From positions 1 to 49,933 of IMG/VR virus record IMGVR_UViG_3300037483_000858: DNA of 49,933 bases; one strand, written 5' to 3'. This stretch comes from a virus. Taxonomy: Duplodnaviria > Caudoviricetes. The position numbers and the translations under genes were made by a program. The notes under the pieces are model-generated. The model had not been told where the DNA came from and ran no database searches. It saw only the letters and a list, made by a program, of their open reading frames with translations. Every line of letters begins with the position of its first letter. The stretch's first letter is position 1. Below, in pieces: positions 42,784-49,933 of this stretch.

Positions 42784-43272
42784 TTAGCACTTTGTCTTAG
42801 CGGCGTCACGCCTTTTCCCATACATCTCGAACAGCCGCGCGCCGCCCTCCTCGATCGGCCCGCTGAAACCGAGCAGATGCAGCCAGCGGTCGACCTGCGG
42901 GTGCGGTGAGGCAGTGTATGCGTCGAAGCGGAACCCGGGCCTCTGGTCGACGACCTTGCGCACGTATCGCCTGGCGAAACGCACCATGGGCGCACCGAGG
43001 TCGAAGAACCGCTGCGCCGCGATCAGATAGATCACGCGGACCACCGGATCCTGCGCGTGCGGCACGGTGCCGAAGATGACGATCGGCCGGTCTTCCCGGT
43101 CGAAGCCGGTCTCCATCTCGACACCGGGCTGGTCGAGCAGTTCGTGGCACTCCTTGAGGAAGCTCCACTCGGTGTAGCCGAACTTTTCTATCTCCCACCG
43201 GCTGATCTCGCTCAAGGTATTCACAACAGCGTATATGTGCGAGATGGTGGTCGTGCGGCGTCGCAGGTTCAC
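42784..43272 (-). CDS. T7 gp13-like/GNAT-fold virion assembly protein
   Basis: GTGA overlap with the nozzle gene; H....RWL..LGF C-terminal motif. Confidence 0.65.
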   Translation of the reverse strand: MNLRRRTTTISHIYAVVNTLSEISRWEIEKFGYTEWSFLKECHELLDQPGVEMETGFDREDRPIVIFGTVPHAQDPVVRVIYLIAAQRFFDLGAPMVRFARRYVRKVVDQRPGFRFDAYTASPHPQVDRWLHLLGFSGPIEEGGARLFEMYGKRRDAAKTKC

Positions 43273-45659
43273 TTCGCCTCCTCGCCCTTGTAGTGGATGG
43301 CCAGGCTGGAGAAACTGGCGTTGCCGGCCGCGCTGCACGTCATCTTGAGCGCGACCATCGGCGTCCTGGCCGGAAGATGGATGCTCGACCGGTGGTAGGT
43401 GGTCTCGTTCAGCACGCCGATGTCGACGACCTTCGTCTCGTCGTCCGGGTCGACCAGAACCTCGATGCTCCAGTCGTTGGTGAGCGCGGCGTCGAAGCTG
43501 TACCCGCCCTTGAACGTGGCCGGCGTATCGGCCGCCATGAACGGCAGTTCAACCAGGATGGTCTGCTCGTCAGCATCCGGGTATGCCGCGTTGTCGGCGC
43601 CGCCGTAGAGATAAATCTTGTTGGCACCGCGGGCGTAAACGCGACCGCGCGCCTTGGCGAAGTCGGACACCGAGAAGCCGGGATCGTAGTACGACCAGGC
43701 GGTGATCTTCGAGCCGGGGAAGTAGGACAGCGACAGGATGAGATCGCCGAGCGCCAGCATGTAGCGGCCCTCGGTCGGCTCGAGCACGCCGACGGCGCGC
43801 GCCACGGTGTCCTCGACCACGGCGTCGATCTCGGCGCGCACGAACGGGTCGATCGCGCTGCCGACGTCGGCGACGTAGGCCGAGCCGGAAGCGTCCCGGG
43901 CCCGCAAGCTGCGCACGCCGGTGGTGTCCAGGTAGAATACGTCGTTGTTGCCGTAAGGCACCACGCTGCGCGGCGCGATCGTGCCGGTGTTCTCCAGCGG
44001 CTGGATGACGTTGATCTCGGTGGCGTCGGCCGCGAGCTCGTAGACGCGCGTCGTCTGCCGCGAGAAGATCGCCGCCTTGCCCTCGTAGCTGGCCGCACCG
44101 GTCAGCCGCTCGGTGCCCTCGCTATCGTTGGCCATGTTGATGAAGCCGGCGCCGCTCGACGCGCCGGGATCCGACCAGTCGGACGCATCGTTCAGCTTGC
44201 AGTAGAACAGCAGGCTGTTGGCGGTCGACCACACCCGTTTCTTGTAGACGAACAGGCTCGTGCCCATGCCAGCGCCGCGCCCGGTCGCCTTGTAGTCGAT
44301 GCTGTTGACCGTGACCGTGAACACATCCTGCGGGTCGAACGTGCCGCTCAGGAGCGCGGTGTGGACCTGCGCCACGGCGGTCACCGCGGTCACGCCACTG
44401 GCCATGTTGGTGTCGGTCTTGGTGACGTCGCCGGCAACCGTGGACGTGACGACGAAGCCGTTGGGCGCAGCACCAGTGCCGACCGCCGCCTTGATCGTCA
44501 CGACAGCCGAGACAGCGGACGCGGTGTACTCGTGCGTCGAGGTGCCGTTGTTGATCTCTGCGGCAAGCGCGGTGGCGGTGGCGTTGTTCGACGAGATCCA
44601 GTCAACCGACACGCCGAGAAGCTCGACACCGTCGACCGTGACCGAACTGATCTTGTTGACGCCGGCGTCGAACGTACCGCCGGTGATCTCGACCGAGCCG
44701 GTCGCGCGCACCTCGGCCACCGCGGCGACGTTCGCTTGCTCCGCGGTCAGCGTGATGTCCTGGTCGTTGGTGTTGCCGCCGGCCATGGCCACCGCGTTGC
44801 CGATCGTCACGTCGCCGCCCACCGTGCCACTGACCACGTCCCCGTTCGCGGCGTTGCCGGTAACAGCCGCGGTAATCGTGATGGTGGCGCCGTCGGCCGT
44901 AGCGGTGAAGTTGGGGCTCGACGTGTTGGCTGTGATCTGCGCCGCGACGGCCGTGGCGGTCGCCGCATGGCTGGTCGCCCAGTCGACGGCCGCGCCGAGG
45001 ATGTCGTTGCCGTCGACCGTGATCGTGCTGACCTTGTTGGTGCCGGCGCTGGCGGTGCCGGCGGTGATGTCGATCGAGCCGACCGCATTGACGGCGGTGT
45101 CGGCGGTCGCCTTGGTGATCGTGAACGCCGTGCCGGCCACCTTGGCGGTAACCGTGATCGTCTCGCCGAAGCTCGACGCCATCACGTCGTCGCTCTGGTC
45201 GATCTTCGCCGCCAGATACTCGGCCAGCGTCGCCAGGTCCGAATTGGCGTCAGCCAGGGCGTCCCAATCGGACACCCGGGTGCCGTTGTAGAAGTGGCCG
45301 ATGTTGCCGTCGGCATACTCGGCGATGACGTAGAGCTTGCCGTCGAAGCCCTTGGCGTCGAGCACCCGCGACATGGCTGCGCCGGACGGGTGCTGCAGCC
45401 GCTGGTACTGAATGCCGAGCGGCATGCTGGACGCCAGATCGGTGTTGCCGAACACGAAAAGCTGGTTCTTCACCGCGGCCATGCCGTAGGTCAGTGCCGG
45501 CAGGGTGTAGGTGCTGACGAACTTCTTGGCGCGCTCGATGTCGCCGCCGCGGCTGATGTGCGCATTGCGCAGCGTCCACAGCGTACCGGGCACGCCGACC
45601 ACGCGCTTGCGCCGCCGGTCAAGACCGAACTTGAAATCGCTGACGTGGAGGTAAGACAC
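43269..45659 (-). CDS. Tail nozzle (tubular protein B / P22 gp10-like) with inserted repeated beta domains
   Basis: Beta-propeller-like repeats (GTIAPRSVV..NDVFYL..TGVRSL); central Thr/Ala-rich insert. Confidence 0.75.
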   Translation of the reverse strand: MSYLHVSDFKFGLDRRRKRVVGVPGTLWTLRNAHISRGGDIERAKKFVSTYTLPALTYGMAAVKNQLFVFGNTDLASSMPLGIQYQRLQHPSGAAMSRVLDAKGFDGKLYVIAEYADGNIGHFYNGTRVSDWDALADANSDLATLAEYLAAKIDQSDDVMASSFGETITVTAKVAGTAFTITKATADTAVNAVGSIDITAGTASAGTNKVSTITVDGNDILGAAVDWATSHAATATAVAAQITANTSSPNFTATADGATITITAAVTGNAANGDVVSGTVGGDVTIGNAVAMAGGNTNDQDITLTAEQANVAAVAEVRATGSVEITGGTFDAGVNKISSVTVDGVELLGVSVDWISSNNATATALAAEINNGTSTHEYTASAVSAVVTIKAAVGTGAAPNGFVVTSTVAGDVTKTDTNMASGVTAVTAVAQVHTALLSGTFDPQDVFTVTVNSIDYKATGRGAGMGTSLFVYKKRVWSTANSLLFYCKLNDASDWSDPGASSGAGFINMANDSEGTERLTGAASYEGKAAIFSRQTTRVYELAADATEINVIQPLENTGTIAPRSVVPYGNNDVFYLDTTGVRSLRARDASGSAYVADVGSAIDPFVRAEIDAVVEDTVARAVGVLEPTEGRYMLALGDLILSLSYFPGSKITAWSYYDPGFSVSDFAKARGRVYARGANKIYLYGGADNAAYPDADEQTILVELPFMAADTPATFKGGYSFDAALTNDWSIEVLVDPDDETKVVDIGVLNETTYHRSSIHLPARTPMVALKMTCSAAGNASFSSLAIHYKGEEAK

Positions 45660-46355
45660 CTAACTCACCCGGATGACGGCGTGACTCGGGTGCCGGGGCG
45701 GCCTGCCGAGACCGAGACGCACGGTGCGCCCCTGCCCGCTCGTGCGCCCCTTGAGGGTTGCGTAGAGCCGCTGGGCCTGCTGCAGCTTGGCTTGCGCGTC
45801 CTTGGATTCCTGGGCCAGCGCCAGTTCGGCGGCCGAGAACAGGACAATCAGGTTGTCGTCCAGCCGGCAGACGTCGGCGTCGGCCACCAGCCGGTCATGC
45901 TGCTCGAAGCCCTGGATCTGGAACTCCTGGGTGCTGGTCGACGGCATCGGCCAGAATTCGAGCTGGGTGGCGGATCCGGTGTAGCGGACGTCCCAGCGCA
46001 GCACCGGCTCGGCGCGCTCGTCGTCCTCGGGGTCGTAAATGCCGTAGTGCTCGATGTCAATGCCGCGCGCGAGATCGACGGCCAGCCCGTCGCGCCAGGC
46101 GACCATGCGCTCTATGCGCTCGATGTCGCAGCCGGACGGCATGTCGTAGTATCTCTGACCGGCGCTCAGGGTGGTGCGGGTGAACACCCGGCGCAGGTGC
46201 GGCCAGTCGAAATCGTAGTAGAGCGTTTCGTAGACGCGGTTGATCGTCTGCTCCAGCGAATCGATGTCGTCGACACCGACCGCCGCGGAGACGTCGCGCC
46301 GAAGGTCCGCGCGGAGCCGCGTCTTCAGATTGAGGAACGTGACCCCGCGCGCCAT
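45660..46355 (-). CDS. Head-tail adaptor (tail tubular protein A-like)
   Basis: IN.....Y..FDWP.L, GQRYY.MP, FWP.P motifs; synteny. Confidence 0.7.
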   Translation of the reverse strand: MARGVTFLNLKTRLRADLRRDVSAAVGVDDIDSLEQTINRVYETLYYDFDWPHLRRVFTRTTLSAGQRYYDMPSGCDIERIERMVAWRDGLAVDLARGIDIEHYGIYDPEDDERAEPVLRWDVRYTGSATQLEFWPMPSTSTQEFQIQGFEQHDRLVADADVCRLDDNLIVLFSAAELALAQESKDAQAKLQQAQRLYATLKGRTSGQGRTVRLGLGRPPRHPSHAVIRVS

Positions 46356-46358
46356 CGG

Positions 46359-46757
46359 CTAGTCCAGCACGGTCTCGAGGGACTTGCTCTCGGTCGCGAC
46401 CGCCGCCTGATCGGCCGCGATCTGCTCCTTGGTGCGCCGGGCACGCTTGGGCTTTTCGGCCACCGGCTCGGCAGGCTTGTCGTCCGGCCCGAAGCCGGCG
46501 AGGTGAACCGGCATGCGGTTGGGCATGTCGGGGGCGCCGTAGACGGCCTCGACCTTCTTCTCGCCGTAGATGGCGGCCAGGCGCGCACGCTCGACCGTCT
46601 CGCTGACGTGGCGATCGTCGATGAGCACCATGTCCATCACCGCGTCGGGCCCGTGCTCGCGACGGAGCAGGACGACCTCGGCGGCCGACAGGCCGGTCTT
46701 GCGGACCTCGTGGAGCACGCTGCCCCCGAGGCGGATTTTCGCTGAGTAGTACTGCAC
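46359..46757 (-). CDS. Hypothetical virion-associated protein
   Basis: RBS AAGGA; between the decoration and adaptor genes. Confidence 0.65.
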   Translation of the reverse strand: MQYYSAKIRLGGSVLHEVRKTGLSAAEVVLLRREHGPDAVMDMVLIDDRHVSETVERARLAAIYGEKKVEAVYGAPDMPNRMPVHLAGFGPDDKPAEPVAEKPKRARRTKEQIAADQAAVATESKSLETVLD

Positions 46758-46790
46758 GGTTTAACGTCCTTCTTGCAGTTGAGGAAAGTG

Positions 46791-46820
46791 GGGAGGCGGG
46801 CCGACGAAGCCCGCCCCTCC
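46791..46820 (-). terminator. Hairpin terminator after the capsid genes
   Basis: ggcgggc/gcccgcc stem followed on the minus strand by ACTTTCCT. Confidence 0.5.
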
Positions 46821-46836
46821 TTCTTGCTGGCGGCTA

Positions 46837-48099
46837 TCAGCCGCCGTACTGCGCCACGCCCTTGTCGGCGGGGTTGGTCAGAGCGACCAGCAGCATGTAA
46901 CCGTCGTCGCCGTCGCAGGCGTCGAGCGGATCGTAGGTGCCGCGAACGTCACCGGTGGTGGCGGTCGCTTCGGTGTCCACGGCCGCGACGAACGTGCCGA
47001 CGGTCGTGATCTCGATGTACCCGGTCAGGGCACCGGCAGTGGCAAACTCCGTGGCCGGCAGGATTTCGAGCTCGTCACCCACCGCGACAACGGTCGATGC
47101 GTGGCCTGCGGTCGGGGTGTCGGAGTCGAGATCGCCGGCGCCGCCACCGTCCGCGACCGTGACCGACAGACCGTCGACCGCGGTGTTGTTGACCTTCATG
47201 GTGACCGCGCCACCGGTCGTGACCGCCTTCCACGCGATCGTGACCAGCTTGGAGATCACCCCGGCAACCGGGGACGGCACGCTGATCGGCGTGGCCGCCA
47301 GCAGATCGGTCTGGTCGATCTGGAACGGTATCCGGACAACGCCCGGGCGCCGATCGAGAAGCACGCCGTCTTTGTACTCGGCGAGCACATTGCCGACCTT
47401 GCCGACACGGACAGGCAGGCCGAGCACGTCGCCGGTGCCGACCGTCAGCGAGGTGATGTTCGCCGACGTCGATATGCCGGTGACCGTCTTGAACGCCTTC
47501 TTGCCTGCCATGGCCGCGCCCGACGCCGAGCTCTCGACGATCACGTTGCCGTACTCATCGGTGCCGGTGACCGTCAGGACGGCGGTGGTGGTCCACGCCG
47601 CGACCACGTTCCGGGGAACGTCAGCCTCGCCAGCCAAGGCCGCAGCGGCGATGGCCCCGGCAGCATTGGTATCAACCGAGAACACGCCGGCCGACGTCAG
47701 ATCCTGGCTCTCGACGTAGCCGTTGGGATCGGCAACGTTGGGCGAGCCGAGATTGATCAGCGCGACCTGAGCCGGGATCTGGCGAACCCGATCATTGCCT
47801 TCGGCCGTGTTGTCGATCCGCTTGTCCTCGGCGCCGGGCCGGTCGATCTGCAGACGGCACGCCGACTGCGCCGGCCACGCCGCGCCCGACTTGTTGGTCA
47901 GGGTGATGTCGGAGGCGTTGGCGTTGAACGTCAGCGTGAAGTCCGCCGGGGCGTTGTACTGGTTGCCCGCGACGAACAGGACATGCTTGCCGGGGGTCCA
48001 GTCGTAGTCGCCCTGAGACCGGGCGGTCGGATAGCCGACGGTGACGGTGCCGTTGTTGGCTACCGCGCTCGCCAGCGAGAAAGTGGTATTGTCGAACAT
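46837..48099 (-). CDS. Capsid decoration/cement-like virion protein (420 aa)
   Basis: Directly after MCP, strong RBS, beta-rich with TGD.LGLP and ATATTGDVRGTY motifs. Confidence 0.65.
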   Translation of the reverse strand: MFDNTTFSLASAVANNGTVTVGYPTARSQGDYDWTPGKHVLFVAGNQYNAPADFTLTFNANASDITLTNKSGAAWPAQSACRLQIDRPGAEDKRIDNTAEGNDRVRQIPAQVALINLGSPNVADPNGYVESQDLTSAGVFSVDTNAAGAIAAAALAGEADVPRNVVAAWTTTAVLTVTGTDEYGNVIVESSASGAAMAGKKAFKTVTGISTSANITSLTVGTGDVLGLPVRVGKVGNVLAEYKDGVLLDRRPGVVRIPFQIDQTDLLAATPISVPSPVAGVISKLVTIAWKAVTTGGAVTMKVNNTAVDGLSVTVADGGGAGDLDSDTPTAGHASTVVAVGDELEILPATEFATAGALTGYIEITTVGTFVAAVDTEATATTGDVRGTYDPLDACDGDDGYMLLVALTNPADKGVAQYGG

Positions 48100-48132
48100 C
48101 TGAGTTCTTCCTTTCCTGAGTTCTTCGGCCCG

Positions 48133-49176
48133 TTACAGGATCGAATACACTCCGTTGGCGTTGCGCTGCTTGCAGATCAGCCCACCGACGTAGGTCATCG
48201 CCCGGTAGAACACATACTTGTTCTCGGGACGCGCCGGCGAGTGCTTCTTCATGTTCTCGCCCTCGACCACGTAGGGATGGATGGTCTTGGTGTCGAGCAC
48301 ATAGCCGTACTTGGCCAGGCCCTCGTCATCGAGCGTCGGGTCGTATTCGAGCTCGACACCCTTGAAGGCAAGGTCGGCCACGCTGGCGTCGATGCGCCCG
48401 CCCTTGGCCCAGCCGGAGAGGGTGAAGTCGCCCTTCGACCGCAGTTCCTTCTCGAAGGCGTCGATGAAGTCGGACCCGCACAGGAACAGGTTCGGCCGTC
48501 CGCCGTAGCGGCGCAGCTGGCGCATTTCCTGCTGCAGCTTGGTGACCAGGTTGAGGTTGCTGGCGGTCGACGTGTCGATCAGCAGCGACGCCCGGTTGCG
48601 CCACCAGGTGTTGGCCACCTGGTCGATGCCGCCGACGATGGACGCCGAGGTCGGATCGTCCAGGACAAAGGACCGGATGCCCGGGATGAGCAGCGCGTCC
48701 TGCGTGCCGTCCCGCCAGTACATCTGGTTCAGACCGCGGTCGGTGCCCTCGGTCATGTCCTCGATCTTGTCGTCGAGCAGGTTGGCGAGCATGGTCTTCT
48801 CGCGCTCGCTGTGGCGCGATTCGGACTTGCCGGTCGCCGTGTCGACGATCGAGATGCCGTCCCGGACCATCTCATCCATCGTGAACTTGATGCCCGCGTG
48901 GATGAACTTGTACGGGTAGAACGCCTTCTTGATGTTGGCGGGGTTGCCGTAGTCGACCTCGTCATCGCTCGAGAAACCCTGCGGTTCGGTGGAGTAGAGA
49001 CCCTTGACGCGAACGTCGAGCATCTCCTTGCCGCCGGGGAAGGTCTTCTCCTTGGCGCGCAACGCGCGCAGGAGCGGCTTGTCCTGAAGGGTCTGAGACT
49101 TGACCTTGCCTCGGTCAAGGTGGAGATCGATCGTCGCGTTGGCGATATTCTCCAGTTCCTGGGTGGTGAACGGCAT
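48133..49176 (-). CDS. Major capsid protein (347 aa)
   Basis: Follows the scaffold; HK97-fold-like pattern GGID...WWRN, YDPT, C..RNA.GV. Confidence 0.85.
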   Translation of the reverse strand: MPFTTQELENIANATIDLHLDRGKVKSQTLQDKPLLRALRAKEKTFPGGKEMLDVRVKGLYSTEPQGFSSDDEVDYGNPANIKKAFYPYKFIHAGIKFTMDEMVRDGISIVDTATGKSESRHSEREKTMLANLLDDKIEDMTEGTDRGLNQMYWRDGTQDALLIPGIRSFVLDDPTSASIVGGIDQVANTWWRNRASLLIDTSTASNLNLVTKLQQEMRQLRRYGGRPNLFLCGSDFIDAFEKELRSKGDFTLSGWAKGGRIDASVADLAFKGVELEYDPTLDDEGLAKYGYVLDTKTIHPYVVEGENMKKHSPARPENKYVFYRAMTYVGGLICKQRNANGVYSIL

Positions 49177-49208
49177 CGGGGTGGCCCTTTTCGGGTCACC
49201 CGTCCGAC

Positions 49209-49933
49209 TTAGCCGAGAATCGCGTTGATCACGTCCATCGTGTCTTTTGGCGCCGGCGTCGAACGGGTCGAAGCGTTTCCGGTCACCATCTGCTTCGCTT
49301 CGCGCTTGGGCTGCAGCCGCTTGATCTCGGCGTTCACGTCCTTGAGAACGCTATCCGCGAGAGCGACCATTGCCTTTCCGTCCACGGGATATCCCGACTG
49401 ACGGACGCGAAGCTCGACGACCTGGTTGACCCGGTCCTGCTTCAGCTTCCAATCGGGATCGTTGGCCGCCTGCCGCTCGTGCCAGTCATCCGCCGCCCTC
49501 ACAACGTCGCCCATCCGCGCCTGTGCCGTCTGACGCTCTTGCGCCTCGCGGGCCCGCTGCTGGTCCCGCTCAGTCCGTTCCCTGACGAATTTCGTCTCGG
49601 CTTCGGCCTGAGCGATGCGACGGGCGTCCGCTTCGGAGACATACCCCTGGCGGACCTTCTCCTGCATGTCCTCCGGCACGGTGTAGCCGGCGATACGTGC
49701 AAGCTCCTGGACGAGAGGTGCGAGAACCTCGAGGGCCTTGCGCGGCTCGTTCTTCATCAGGGCCATGATCTCGAAACCCTGCTTGACTTCGGCGGGGGCG
49801 AGATCGGAGGCGTCCATGAAGGACGTGATCTGCTCTAGGCTCTCTGCTTGCGGCTTCAGTGCGTCGACTTCGGCCTGCAAGGTGTTCTTCACATCGACCA
49901 GTTGGCGGATGCGACGCTGGGCGTTCGGCGTGT
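49209..49933 (-). CDS. Scaffolding protein, C-terminal part
   Basis: Coiled coil; continuous with 366..1 via the terminal overlap. Confidence 0.8.
   Translation of the reverse strand, partial: TPNAQRRIRQLVDVKNTLQAEVDALKPQAESLEQITSFMDASDLAPAEVKQGFEIMALMKNEPRKALEVLAPLVQELARIAGYTVPEDMQEKVRQGYVSEADARRIAQAEAETKFVRERTERDQQRAREAQERQTAQARMGDVVRAADDWHERQAANDPDWKLKQDRVNQVVELRVRQSGYPVDGKAMVALADSVLKDVNAEIKRLQPKREAKQMVTGNASTRSTPAPKDTMDVINAILG

Noticed and set aside
49833-49933. Possible biological direct terminal repeat
   Set aside because: It falls in the middle of the scaffold gene and is read/k-mer sized, so it is an assembly overlap. The single mismatch is synonymous (population variant or error).

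Overview
The window is an apparently complete, circularly permuted ~49.8-kb genome of a GC-rich temperate podovirus-like phage. Positions 1-101 repeat at 49833-49933 with one synonymous mismatch, and the scaffold gene runs across that junction. An alphaproteobacterial host is suggested by a GapR/DUF2312 homolog, a CtrA-type box and the lysis and regulatory gene types. The minus strand carries TerS, tail fibre, TerL, portal, scaffold, major capsid protein, adaptor/nozzle, ejection proteins, a lysis cassette, a T5 A1-like metallophosphoesterase, an XRE repressor, Xis and a tyrosine integrase. An intact attP matches the 3' half of tRNA-Glu(CTC). The plus strand carries early genes, a C4-type antisense RNA unit, a Cro-like protein, RuvC-like resolvase, two DNA methyltransferases, DUF2800/DUF2815/PolA replication genes, a nucleotidyltransferase and a second fibre/spike pair. 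A primase-polymerase/AAA helicase on the minus strand overlaps an iteron array. The most unusual element is a C5 methyltransferase read in two overlapping frames (alpha/beta type) into which a Zn-ribbon + HNH-like nuclease has been inserted with both frames left open, fusing it to the target-recognition subunit. All product calls come from motif recognition by eye; no searches were run.
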